The notes below the pieces were generated by a model. That model was not told where the DNA came from, searched no databases, and worked only from the letters and a program-made list of their open reading frames with translations. From a virus (taxonomy: Duplodnaviria; Caudoviricetes): DNA of 64,000 nt. A program made the translations under genes and the position numbers. The first letter of the stretch is position 1; the number at the start of each line of letters is the position of its first letter. Of the stretch, positions 55,857 to 64,000 are shown one piece after another. The DNA lies in the IMG/VR virus record IMGVR_UViG_3300042261_000033, positions 351 to 64,350 of that record. One strand, written 5' to 3'.

Positions 55857-56060
55857 ATGTACAACATCACGACAATTCACCCAAACCTGTTTGCCAAGCG
55901 CATTAAACCGATGGACTACGTCACCAATGGCGATGACGTTGGGCGTTACTTTGGCACAACCAAGCGTGGCACTCACGTTGTGGCATGGGGCGATAAGCGG
56001 GACGATTACGAAACCGCAGAGAAACTAATTGCTTATTTAAATAAATATCAAGGGGCTTAA
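55857..56060 (+). CDS. Early hypothetical protein
   Basis: GAGGCTTAAT RBS. Confidence 0.7.
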   Translation: MYNITTIHPNLFAKRIKPMDYVTNGDDVGRYFGTTKRGTHVVAWGDKRDDYETAEKLIAYLNKYQGA

Positions 56061-56062
56061 TC

Positions 56063-56278
56063 ATGGTTCATTTAGGACAACCGCAGTATTTGATTCGCAT
56101 TAATAGTTCGGTACGGGATGTGGCAAAGCGCAAGGAATTGAGAATCAAAATGGAGCGATTCCTGCGTGGCAAAACCCGTTATACCCGTGAAGCGGTAGCA
56201 CGTTCTGCTCTGGTTGATATGCCGGTCGGTCTGCGTGAGTACTGCGAAATGGTTGAAACTATTCCAATGCACTTTTAA
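56063..56278 (+). CDS. Early hypothetical protein
   Basis: GGGGCTTAAT RBS. Confidence 0.65.
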   Translation: MVHLGQPQYLIRINSSVRDVAKRKELRIKMERFLRGKTRYTREAVARSALVDMPVGLREYCEMVETIPMHF

Positions 56279-56292
56279 TCGGAGGCTTAATT

Positions 56293-56604
56293 ATGCAATA
56301 CGCAAATCACATTGGTTATTCTGACGTTAATCCATTTGAAATCGTTCGCATGGTCAGCGAAAAGACAGCCGACATCAGGGCGATGGATTCAGAGCGTGAC
56401 CCAGATTGGAAACCGGAGTTCGTTGCCGGTGGTTTCTCTGCTGTCTGTCTGAATAATTGCGAACAGCGTTGGATTATCACGCCAAATGCGAACGGAGAGG
56501 TAGTTCGTATTCGCAAACATTCAAGCGGCGTCTGGAAAGATAAACATGGACGGCGTTATTCATTAGCTGACACTCCGCAGAAGTTTTACGACTACAACTT
56601 TTAA
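56293..56604 (+). CDS. Early hypothetical protein
   Basis: TCGGAGGCTTAATT RBS; KFYDYNF C-terminus. Confidence 0.75.
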   Translation: MQYANHIGYSDVNPFEIVRMVSEKTADIRAMDSERDPDWKPEFVAGGFSAVCLNNCEQRWIITPNANGEVVRIRKHSSGVWKDKHGRRYSLADTPQKFYDYNF

Positions 56605-56617
56605 TCGGGGGTTAATC

Positions 56618-56914
56618 ATGGCTTGCTATTACGTCACGCTTTATATGACAGATCGTGCTTACGGCGGTGCTGAAGAGGGCGGTTGGTGGTACGACTGCGG
56701 TTATCCCGTGGTTGATTCGATGAACCGCTGTTTTAATTCTGAAGACGAAGCTTATGCCTATCGTGATTCTGAAGAGGTTCAATCTATTCTGGCTCAATTG
56801 AATGACGGCAAACCGGATATTAATAGCGTTAACTGCGAGGGTGTTTATAAGGTTTTCATTGATGAGAATCAATTCCCTGCTGAATATCCAACTGAACGTC
56901 CTTATTACTGCTAA
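56618..56914 (+). CDS. Early acidic hypothetical protein
   Basis: DRAYGGAEEGGWWYD motif. Confidence 0.75.
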   Translation: MACYYVTLYMTDRAYGGAEEGGWWYDCGYPVVDSMNRCFNSEDEAYAYRDSEEVQSILAQLNDGKPDINSVNCEGVYKVFIDENQFPAEYPTERPYYC

Positions 56915-56926
56915 TCGGAGGCTTAT

Positions 56927-57211
56927 ATGTCACTCACACTCACAACCAAATATTTAGAAGCCACTAATACCCGTGGCGCACGAATCAAAGTTAAATGTTT
57001 TTATGGCGAATCAATTACTGTGCCATATAACCATGCATTTAGTGGAGTGGAGATGCATACATTCGCAGTCCTAGAATGGTTGCGTAAATACAAGCTAGAT
57101 AACAAGGGTTTTAAATTCGCCATTGGCGATTCAGATCGTGGTTATGTTTTCTCGCATATTAGTGAAGTCGCAACATTCGACAACGAAACATTTCAAATTA
57201 AATGGCAATGA
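56927..57211 (+). CDS. Early hypothetical protein
   Basis: TKYLEATNTRGARIK motif; TCGGAGGCTTA RBS. Confidence 0.75.
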   Translation: MSLTLTTKYLEATNTRGARIKVKCFYGESITVPYNHAFSGVEMHTFAVLEWLRKYKLDNKGFKFAIGDSDRGYVFSHISEVATFDNETFQIKWQ

Positions 57212-57223
57212 GGGTAATTAATC

Positions 57224-57592
57224 ATGAAATCAAACTACAGCATTTACATGGAAGCAATTGACGCAGGTCACGCCGCTCTTAATGCGGCAACACCAACCCC
57301 GATGGTAGTGGTGGAGGCTGACATCTGGGGCAACCCAGTTGCCGGTGCTACCCGCCATTATGTGGATGAGGGTGCGTGTGGCTTTGCTTGGATTCAGATC
57401 AAGGGCAACACCGGCTTTGGTCGGGAGATGAAGAAACTGAACCTGTTCAGCAAAGCATATCCAACTGGTCTGCAGTACTGGGTCGGCGAGGGCGGTCAAT
57501 CAGTCGAGCGTAAGGAAGCATTCGCCCGTGCATTCGCCAAGGTTTTAAATAAATACGGCATTCAAGCTTATGCCGGTTCACGTTTAGATTAA
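57224..57592 (+). CDS. Early conserved phage protein
   Basis: GACGFAW...QSVERKEAFARAFAKVL...SRLD. Confidence 0.8.
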   Translation: MKSNYSIYMEAIDAGHAALNAATPTPMVVVEADIWGNPVAGATRHYVDEGACGFAWIQIKGNTGFGREMKKLNLFSKAYPTGLQYWVGEGGQSVERKEAFARAFAKVLNKYGIQAYAGSRLD

Positions 57593-57604
57593 TTAGAGGG
57601 AATT

Positions 57605-57736
57605 ATGCTAGAGACAATCATTGCAAATATTAAACAAGCAATTCGGAATCGTGAGAGCGTGACAATTGGAGGCGGTGTATTTACACCACAGGAATTGCAA
57701 ACGCTAATCGATCTGTATAACGAACATAATAAATAG
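57605..57736 (+). CDS. Early small protein (43 aa)
   Basis: Translated by hand; GAGGG RBS. Confidence 0.6.
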   Translation: MLETIIANIKQAIRNRESVTIGGGVFTPQELQTLIDLYNEHNK

Positions 57737-57744
57737 GGGGTTAT

Positions 57745-57957
57745 ATGGAATACATCATCATCGATGATTTAAATAACAAGACTGTATATACAACGGATGA
57801 CAAATATAAGGCCAAGGCAATGCAGGAAATCCTGATTGATAAATACGGCAGAGCATTCTTTGTTTGCGGTTCTAATTTAAATCCATCAACTGCCCTACAA
57901 CAAGAGGCAGGTCAATTACAAATCAAATCAGACGTTGCTGTACCTGATCGTTCTTAA
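57745..57957 (+). CDS. Early hypothetical protein
   Basis: AGGGGG RBS. Confidence 0.6.
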   Translation: MEYIIIDDLNNKTVYTTDDKYKAKAMQEILIDKYGRAFFVCGSNLNPSTALQQEAGQLQIKSDVAVPDRS

Positions 57958-57974
57958 TACTCGGAGGCTTAATC

Positions 57975-58394
57975 ATGGGAAATCGCGCTGTTATTACTGC
58001 ATCAACCAAACGAACCGGTGCTGTTGGTATTTACCTGCATTGGAATGGTGGCATTGAATCTGTTCTGGCTTTCTGCCATGCCGCACGGGATCGGGGCTAT
58101 CGTGATCCGTCTGCCGATGATTCATACGCAATGGCTCGCCTCTGCGGTTTGATTCACGAATTCTTTGGCGTGTACGAATCAACCAGTCTGGGCATCGGCT
58201 GCATCGAACACCTCGACACCGACAATTACGACAACGGCACGTTCGTTATTGGTAAGGATTGGAATATCACCGACCGATGGGGTAAGGGTTCAACTGATGT
58301 AATGACATTGGATCAATTCACGCCACAGCAATTGAATCATTACACCGCCATTATTGATTTTCTAAAACAAACACCACAGCAACAAGCGGCTTAA
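57975..58394 (+). CDS. Early conserved phage protein
   Basis: MGNRAVI...GIYLHWNGG...DNG; TCGGAGGCTTAAT RBS. Confidence 0.8.
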   Translation: MGNRAVITASTKRTGAVGIYLHWNGGIESVLAFCHAARDRGYRDPSADDSYAMARLCGLIHEFFGVYESTSLGIGCIEHLDTDNYDNGTFVIGKDWNITDRWGKGSTDVMTLDQFTPQQLNHYTAIIDFLKQTPQQQAA

Positions 58395-58414
58395 TTAATA
58401 CCGGAGGCTTAATC

Positions 58415-58720
58415 ATGTTTGATCAACACGACATTTGCGTAATGGAAGATGGCGATTACGAAGCATCGCAGGAAGAATATTTTATCTCGGTGCAGAAAGC
58501 CATTAACGATGGACTCTGGTCGCTACAGGGTAGCTATGGCAGGGCAATGATGGACGCCATTGAAGACGGCTATTGCGTACTAGGCCGCACCGGTTTCCGT
58601 GACTACTACGGCAATTACATTCCGTCCCGTGACGAAGTGGAAGACGGCACCAAGGGTTCTGTTGGTTATGTATTCCGTGCCAATGGCGAATACTGGACTG
58701 CAATGATCTCGGAGGTTTAA
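58415..58720 (+). CDS. Early acidic protein
   Basis: WSLQGSYGR...DYYGN motif; CGGAGGCTTAAT RBS. Confidence 0.8.
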   Translation: MFDQHDICVMEDGDYEASQEEYFISVQKAINDGLWSLQGSYGRAMMDAIEDGYCVLGRTGFRDYYGNYIPSRDEVEDGTKGSVGYVFRANGEYWTAMISEV

Positions 58721-58722
58721 TT

Positions 58723-58902
58723 ATGACAGAAGCCGAATTCGATGAATACATTCAAACAGCCGATGGCGAGTCTCATTATTATGAGTGGTTATATGATGAA
58801 GACCCGTCACTCGGTAAACATTCAATTATTAAAGCAATGGAAGACGGCTATTTAATTGAAGATTTTATGGAACATTTAGGAGTTAATCGTGAACAAATAT
58901 AA
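58723..58902 (+). CDS. Early acidic small protein (59 aa)
   Basis: Translated by hand; TCGGAGGTTTAATT RBS. Confidence 0.7.
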   Translation: MTEAEFDEYIQTADGESHYYEWLYDEDPSLGKHSIIKAMEDGYLIEDFMEHLGVNREQI

Positions 58903-59206
58903 AGCATTAGAATATATCAGTGATCTAATTAGCAATTCAAACGTGGACATCGATAGCGATTTATATCGCAACGCAGTCAAAGCAATGGACTTTATTAACG
59001 GCTGTGATCTGGTTGATACTAAAACGCAGATGGCAATCATCTGGTCTATTGAAGACGTTCAAGAGGTTCGCCCTGATTTAAATGATGAACAGGCGGGTGA
59101 GGTATTAAGCAGGGTGGAAGACATCCACGACTGCAATTGTGGCATTACATGGGATACCTTGAGTATTGTGGCTGACGATATGTTCCCAGAGGCTGACGAT
59201 GAATAA
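58889..59206 (+). CDS. Early acidic protein
   Basis: WSIEDVQEVRPDL...HD...GITWDT motif. Confidence 0.75.
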   Translation: MNKYKALEYISDLISNSNVDIDSDLYRNAVKAMDFINGCDLVDTKTQMAIIWSIEDVQEVRPDLNDEQAGEVLSRVEDIHDCNCGITWDTLSIVADDMFPEADDE

Positions 59207-59339
59207 ACCTCTGGTCACTCGAATGCTTAAAGCGTTCTGCTCCCAATGCGGGTACACGATCCGGCTCAGTCGCAAGTGGGCTGAAGCCGGATTGCCAACT
59301 TGCCCTTGTTGCAATATTAAATTGGAGATGGATAAATGA
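59199..59339 (+). CDS. Small Zn-ribbon protein (46 aa)
   Basis: TRMLKAFCSQCGYTIRLSRKW...GLPTCPC. Confidence 0.7.
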   Translation: MNKPLVTRMLKAFCSQCGYTIRLSRKWAEAGLPTCPCCNIKLEMDK

Positions 59340-59545
59340 TTCTGTGGCACATAAAACAAGACCGGCAATTAAAGACTGGCGATATCGTTGAAACAAAAGA
59401 TGGTAACCGGTGGTATTTATTCGGTCGGCAAGAGCCAAAGCCTGATGATCCAGAGGGTGAGGTGCAATTGCATTCTCTTTGTGAGAAGCATTTATTTAAA
59501 CGATTCTTTCCCCGTGCAATCGGGGCTGAATGGAGGGAATCATGA
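59336..59545 (+). CDS. Hypothetical protein
   Basis: ATGA overlap. Confidence 0.65.
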   Translation: MILWHIKQDRQLKTGDIVETKDGNRWYLFGRQEPKPDDPEGEVQLHSLCEKHLFKRFFPRAIGAEWRES

Positions 59546-59757
59546 CTGATTGTCCAAACAATGCATTACTGCAGGAATTGTACGAACTGATTCAAGATCA
59601 GGATTCAGACGAAGTGATCCCCATGCTAATCAGCGTGGCCTGTGGCTGTGCCGCTCAGGACGGCATTAACCGGAAGTTTATAACCAAGTACATGATGGAG
59701 TGTCTGGAAGACGCTTACGCCATGTTCACCCGTGATGAGAATGAGGCTGTGCATTAA
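59542..59757 (+). CDS. Hypothetical protein
   Basis: GGAGGG RBS. Confidence 0.65.
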   Translation: MTDCPNNALLQELYELIQDQDSDEVIPMLISVACGCAAQDGINRKFITKYMMECLEDAYAMFTRDENEAVH

Positions 59758-59948
59758 TGGAATCAAGAGTCCTGAAGCGAACCAGACTGCTAACCCGTGG
59801 GCATTATGTGTACGCCCTTGGCTATTACGATGGTCGACAAGGTAACCCGTACGACCAACACTTTAAAGACGAATGCCTCAAAGAACTTTATATGCTTGGC
59901 TTTAATTCCGGCTGCGTAGATCGCAGAGAAAGAGACAACAATGCGTAA
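59757..59948 (+). CDS. Hypothetical protein
   Basis: TAATG overlap; YALGYYDG motif. Confidence 0.6.
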   Translation: MESRVLKRTRLLTRGHYVYALGYYDGRQGNPYDQHFKDECLKELYMLGFNSGCVDRRERDNNA

Positions 59949-60099
59949 TGATGTACCCCATGCAGTAATCGATACCGCAGAGATTATTATCGTTCTGCTT
60001 CTTGTACTGGCCTACTTCAAGTTCGTTGTATAACAAGGGAACTGGTCAGGCTTTCCCCGCACCCACTCCCCGCACCGAGGGAATTCCCTTGGTCGGGGT

Positions 60100-60564
60100 T
60101 TAAAACTTCCGCAGTTGATCCTGCGTTAAGGCATAGCCCACGCCATGCCCCAGATCGGTCTTGTTGGCATCCTGAAACAACATATCCTTAGATGCCCAAC
60201 CGACAACATCCCCACCAAAATCATCCACAATCACCAGAACGTAGACATCGCACGGGTCTTGCGCTTTCTTGAGCGTAGCCAATAACCTGCCGTTCTTATG
60301 CCGTGTCGATTTAACGTCAACTGTTAAACCCTTGTGCGTTATCAGATCCGCACCGCCATTACGCACCGAAACTGTAAGGTCTGGGCATAGATTCAATTCC
60401 TTGGCGGCGCAGTACTCTGCCACCATTCCATCAATATCAATCGCCCATGTATCGTTCTTGCCGACCTGCTGATCGACAACCTTATCCATTGCCTCTGACC
60501 GGCGCATCACTCCCAACATCCGGCAGATATGCATCTCAGCATCCGTTAACCTAATTAAGCCCAT
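60100..60564 (-). CDS. PD-(D/E)XK-like nuclease-fold protein
   Basis: GMVAEY...GGADL...TVDVKST. Confidence 0.6.
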   Translation of the reverse strand: MGLIRLTDAEMHICRMLGVMRRSEAMDKVVDQQVGKNDTWAIDIDGMVAEYCAAKELNLCPDLTVSVRNGGADLITHKGLTVDVKSTRHKNGRLLATLKKAQDPCDVYVLVIVDDFGGDVVGWASKDMLFQDANKTDLGHGVGYALTQDQLRKF

Positions 60565-60639
60565 TTTTATGCCCCTGTGAAGCACAGGAACGCTCTAGGA
60601 GCGATTTTCCTGTGCAGTTGATACCCTTACCTACCCAAC

Positions 60640-60906
60640 CTATTTCCAATCGCCCGTATCGCCTCGATTGCCTTTCTTAAACTGCTCTCTGGCGGCTTCT
60701 CGAAGTCGAGCGGCGGCGTGTTGTCCTCTTTTTTGCTCGACCAGAGCGACATAAACTTCGAGACGCTTTCTACCGCCTTTTGTAAACTTTCGTAGAACGT
60801 CACGCACTTCGCATCGAAAGCGATGATCTTCCTGCGTATCCAGAACAGTTGATCCCGTTTCATCTTCAGATATTCCATCATCATCAAAAATCGCTAACTG
60901 GCTCAA
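60640..60906 (-). CDS. Conserved small phage protein (start uncertain, possibly TTG)
   Basis: HRFRCEVR...KRG..AA..L...GNRG..GDWK pattern. Confidence 0.55.
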   Translation of the reverse strand: MSQLAIFDDDGISEDETGSTVLDTQEDHRFRCEVRDVLRKFTKGGRKRLEVYVALVEQKRGQHAAARLREAAREQFKKGNRGDTGDWK

Positions 60907-62572
60907 AATAAGACCCCGTGACCTTGTCGTAACCCAATGTGGTTTCACCCTGCGTACCGATCCACCGGTAACGGCATTTCCAGATGGCTATCTGCACAGA
61001 ATTCTCTGGTGTTCGATGTACTGTCACGCCACAATCTGCCTTTGCCCACCATGCCATTGAGCCGGAGATCGACATCCCGTCAGGACGGGGCAAATCCGTA
61101 CCGGTTCGGCTGACTTTTGCAGGGTGAGCGATAAACCAGACATGAACCCCGTAAGACTTAGCGAATGCCTGTACCTTGGTCAGAATCTGGCTGATGAAGT
61201 CCGTCTCAGATCCGTTGTGCTTATTGTCGATGTAGTTGTACGGGTCGATGACCAGACCCCGAATACCCATCTGCGCCACAGCGGCTTTAGCCCGATCCAG
61301 AACCGAGTCGATGGTGGCTGACTCAATGGTCTCGGAATCCATGATGATGAAGTGATCATTGACCCATTCGAATGCTTCGTCCCGCTCCTGCTCCGTCATG
61401 CGGTGCGTGCCATCTAAGAATCGTTTGTTCTGGTACAGCTCCATGAACCGGCTGATGTGCGTGGGTGGTTGGTTTTCGAATGAGCAGACTGCGAACTTCC
61501 AATCACTGCGCTTTGCCAGATTGACCATCAACTGGTCGATAAAGTTTGATTTACCGCAGGACGGGTAACCCGTGACGATTGAAAGCTGACCCTCTGCGAT
61601 GGTGTAAATCTCATCGATGTTTGAATAACCTGTCGACTCACCTTTACCCGTGCCGTTTTCCCACAGGTCGTAAAGCTTTTCTTTGAACTTGCTCACGCTC
61701 GACAGGCCGACAACAGGGAACGGCTCTGCCTTTTCAATCATCTTTTCAACGGCCTCTTTGCCCTCGGCAAGGAACAGTTCGTTGATGTCTTTGTAATTCG
61801 ACTTGGCAATGCGGCAACGCTCTTTGCCAATGCGGCGGGATAACTCTTCAGCCAAGGCGTGGCCTGCAGGATCGTTGTCCGTGGCGATAACGATATAGGG
61901 TGACTTTTGCAGGACATCATTCGCATCCCAGACAAAGGCAAACTTCCGGTCTTCGGATGCATCAATCTTGCCATCCTTAACCGACATCGGCGCACCACTG
62001 GGTACAGAGACCACGTTCTCAATGCCGCATTCCATTGCGGTCAGGGCATCCATCTCGCCTTCGACAATGATGATTGGCTTGGTCGGATCAACCTTATCGA
62101 TACCGAAGAACGTCTGCGCCCCGCCGGTATCCTGCGTGAAGTCTTTGCTTTCAATGCTGCGGTATTTGGCAGCGGTCATCTTGCCGTCTTTGTAATACGG
62201 GAAGCCAATGGCTTCGCCCTTCTTGTTCAGCTTCTGAAACCATCTCTCTGCGGCAAACAGCTTCATGCTGTCGGCTGTCTCCTGCGATATGCCACGGGTC
62301 TTGAGGAATGCGTAATGCTCTGGCTGCAGGGCATGGAAGTCTACTGGTTTTACTTGGACAGCCGATGGAAAATTAATCACTTTGAACTCCGTATTGTTCT
62401 TATCTTTGATAAAGCCTTCTGCGTTGCAGTGATGGCAGTAATACCGCCACCCATCATTAGTTCGGGTGACAGTCATGTCTTTCTGGTTGTGTTTGCGCCT
62501 GTCTTCCGAGCATTCTGGACAGACAATGCGTCTTGTCGTATCGATATACGACACAGCCTCTGCTGTTAACAC
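60884..62572 (-). CDS. Primase-helicase (T7 gp4/Twinkle-like)
   Basis: CPEC...CHHC zinc finger, TOPRIM IVEGEMD and ATDND, Walker A GYPSCGKS, LVIDPYN, AHPAK. Confidence 0.95.
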   Translation of the reverse strand: MLTAEAVSYIDTTRRIVCPECSEDRRKHNQKDMTVTRTNDGWRYYCHHCNAEGFIKDKNNTEFKVINFPSAVQVKPVDFHALQPEHYAFLKTRGISQETADSMKLFAAERWFQKLNKKGEAIGFPYYKDGKMTAAKYRSIESKDFTQDTGGAQTFFGIDKVDPTKPIIIVEGEMDALTAMECGIENVVSVPSGAPMSVKDGKIDASEDRKFAFVWDANDVLQKSPYIVIATDNDPAGHALAEELSRRIGKERCRIAKSNYKDINELFLAEGKEAVEKMIEKAEPFPVVGLSSVSKFKEKLYDLWENGTGKGESTGYSNIDEIYTIAEGQLSIVTGYPSCGKSNFIDQLMVNLAKRSDWKFAVCSFENQPPTHISRFMELYQNKRFLDGTHRMTEQERDEAFEWVNDHFIIMDSETIESATIDSVLDRAKAAVAQMGIRGLVIDPYNYIDNKHNGSETDFISQILTKVQAFAKSYGVHVWFIAHPAKVSRTGTDLPRPDGMSISGSMAWWAKADCGVTVHRTPENSVQIAIWKCRYRWIGTQGETTLGYDKVTGSYFEPVSDF

Positions 62573-62586
62573 GGTTAAGCCTCCGG

Positions 62587-62865
62587 TTATTTAGATTTTG
62601 GTTTGTTTGTTTTTACTGTGTGATCCGCGTTGCGCGAGAACGACCGATTCGCGCTTGGCTTCTTAAGCTTTAGATTCTTTGCTGCATTAGTCCCGCCTTT
62701 TGATAGCGGCTTAACGTGATCAATGTCTTTTCCTGTCCGGTCAACCCCCTTCTTGTCCATGTCATACCTTGCTCGTTCACGCGCCGCTCGGGCAGGCTTT
62801 TCATTGCGCTCCTGCTGTTGCTTCCATTCTTTTTTGTATGGCCGTGGCTTGTTAACGAAAGGCAT
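62587..62865 (-). CDS. HNH endonuclease-like protein
   Basis: KDIDHVKPLSKGGTN...NL...SANRS. Confidence 0.8.
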   Translation of the reverse strand: MPFVNKPRPYKKEWKQQQERNEKPARAARERARYDMDKKGVDRTGKDIDHVKPLSKGGTNAAKNLKLKKPSANRSFSRNADHTVKTNKPKSK

Positions 62866-62959
62866 GTTTATCTCCTGATCAAGGCTTAAATTTACGCCTG
62901 ATAAGATCCTGTGGCAATGTGTTCGCAGGAAATTTTGAGTGTCCCCTGCGAACGTTCTT

Positions 62960-63535
62960 TTATAACCTCTTGATGGCTATCTGATGACCGATGACAGCGA
63001 TGTTGCATCGTTCGCTAAAGATGTTTACGAACGTATCTATCGACACCTTCGGGCGGTGCAGGATATGCGGCATGTCGATCCACAGGTAGTCATCAAACAG
63101 CATGATGCCACCCTGTTTAAGCATGCCGAATGCCATACAGGCATCGGTCAGAACGTCCGGTGCTGAGTGACTGCCATCGATGTAGATGAAGTCGAACTGC
63201 CGGTATGATGCAGCCAGCACAGCCAGACCTCGATACGATGTATCTTGAATGGCTCGGACAAGCTGACCTTGTTTCTTTGCTTCCTGCGTGTTGTCTTCGA
63301 ATCGTCTGCGAACAGGAACGAAATCAACCCCGTGCTTCTCATGCTCTTCGCCACCTTCGAATGTGTCGATACATGTAATACGCCCGTCTTCTGCCAGACC
63401 ATTCTGTAGCAGCCAACAGGTTGACTTACCTTCGAAGCTGCCGACTTCAAGGAATTCCTTGTTGTCTGGTATCAGCGTCATGCAATGTTCAAAGGTGGGA
63501 ATGTTGTGACTGAACCAGTCTTGTGTGAAGTTCAC
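62960..63535 (-). CDS. Class I SAM-dependent methyltransferase (Methyltransf_24-like)
   Basis: LEVGSFEGKS, CIDTF, FDFIYIDGSH, GGIMLFDDY; GTG start with GAGGAG RBS. Confidence 0.88.
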   Translation of the reverse strand: MNFTQDWFSHNIPTFEHCMTLIPDNKEFLEVGSFEGKSTCWLLQNGLAEDGRITCIDTFEGGEEHEKHGVDFVPVRRRFEDNTQEAKKQGQLVRAIQDTSYRGLAVLAASYRQFDFIYIDGSHSAPDVLTDACMAFGMLKQGGIMLFDDYLWIDMPHILHRPKVSIDTFVNIFSERCNIAVIGHQIAIKRL

Positions 63536-63616
63536 TTCATTCTCCTCTTGCCCAAACATATCCGCACACGGCGCCATAAGTGACGCCAAACAAAACCATG
63601 TCTAACAAATCTGGTA

Positions 63617-64000
63617 TCACTTCATGCTCCTTATGGCTGCGGCGCATTGCTCGTTTGCACCCTTTGCGTCCCATATCAAGTGCAGTTCCTCGCATACCTT
63701 CGCTGCCTTCTCTTTCGTTGCCTCTATTGCGGCTTCAACGGATGGTGGGGTGTTCTTTGACTTGAACTTGGCGATGATTGCATCTGCAAATACAGAGTCG
63801 TTTACAACATTTGACGCTGCTAACTCGCACATAACTTCCATTAGTTCATCATCCGTCAAATCAACCCACTTACCTTGCGGCTGCGCTAATGCGGAACGTA
63901 GGGCAGTGGCGGCTTTCTCACATTCTTTTGTCATTGATGGCGACCATACTGTGCTTGCTGTGTATGTCGTAGCTTCTTCCAAAGCCTCCAACGCCATCTG
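63617..64000 (-). CDS. Hypothetical phage protein (5' end probably outside the window)
   Basis: ALEALE...ALAQP...WVDLTDDE...CAAAIR mosaic motifs. Confidence 0.65.
   Translation of the reverse strand, partial: QMALEALEEATTYTASTVWSPSMTKECEKAATALRSALAQPQGKWVDLTDDELMEVMCELAASNVVNDSVFADAIIAKFKSKNTPPSVEAAIEATKEKAAKVCEELHLIWDAKGANEQCAAAIRSMK

Larger units (their letters stand above)
1..64000. mobile_element. Tailed dsDNA bacteriophage genome (Caudoviricetes, podovirus-like), near complete
   Basis: terS/terL, portal, major capsid, tail tubular, endolysin/holin, ejection proteins and primase-helicase all present; no cellular housekeeping genes; minus-strand operons run off both ends, consistent with a circularly permuted genome. 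Confidence 0.97.

Noticed and set aside
62587-62865. Intron-encoded homing endonuclease
   Set aside because: Free-standing gene; the flanking genes are uninterrupted
1-64000. Alternative genetic code or host assignment
   Set aside because: Genes read intact in code 11; the host cannot be determined from sequence inspection alone

Overview
The window is most of a tailed dsDNA phage genome of about 50% GC, with podovirus-like organisation; no host genes, integrase, DNA polymerase, tRNA or CRISPR array were seen. Layout: (i) end of a leftward operon (1-781); (ii) a non-coding block of about 850 bp (790-1665) packed with sigma70 promoters and structured RNAs; (iii) a rightward recombination/middle operon (2067-8226: PD-(D/E)XK nuclease, ERF annealase, SSB-like, glycosyltransferase, Ref-like nuclease); (iv) a long leftward morphogenesis block (8176-54463: terS, small inserted genes, terL, portal, GroES-like, scaffold, major capsid, small basic proteins, tail and fibre genes, holin, GH108 endolysin, ejection proteins and a 2862-aa polyvalent protein); (v) a rightward cluster of small early genes (54788-60033); (vi) a leftward replication operon (primase-helicase, HNH, methyltransferase). 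The most striking observation is a predicted ~75-nt sRNA (1591-1665) with its own promoter and terminator. Its loop (AAUUAAGCCUCCGA) is the reverse complement of an extended ribosome-binding motif (TCGGAGGCTTAAT) found before at least 12 early, middle and replication genes but not before the structural genes checked. It sits back-to-back with an array of tRNA-like small RNA cassettes and an attenuator-like leader, suggesting an RNA-based regulatory hub. All protein family calls come from motif recognition by eye; no searches were run.
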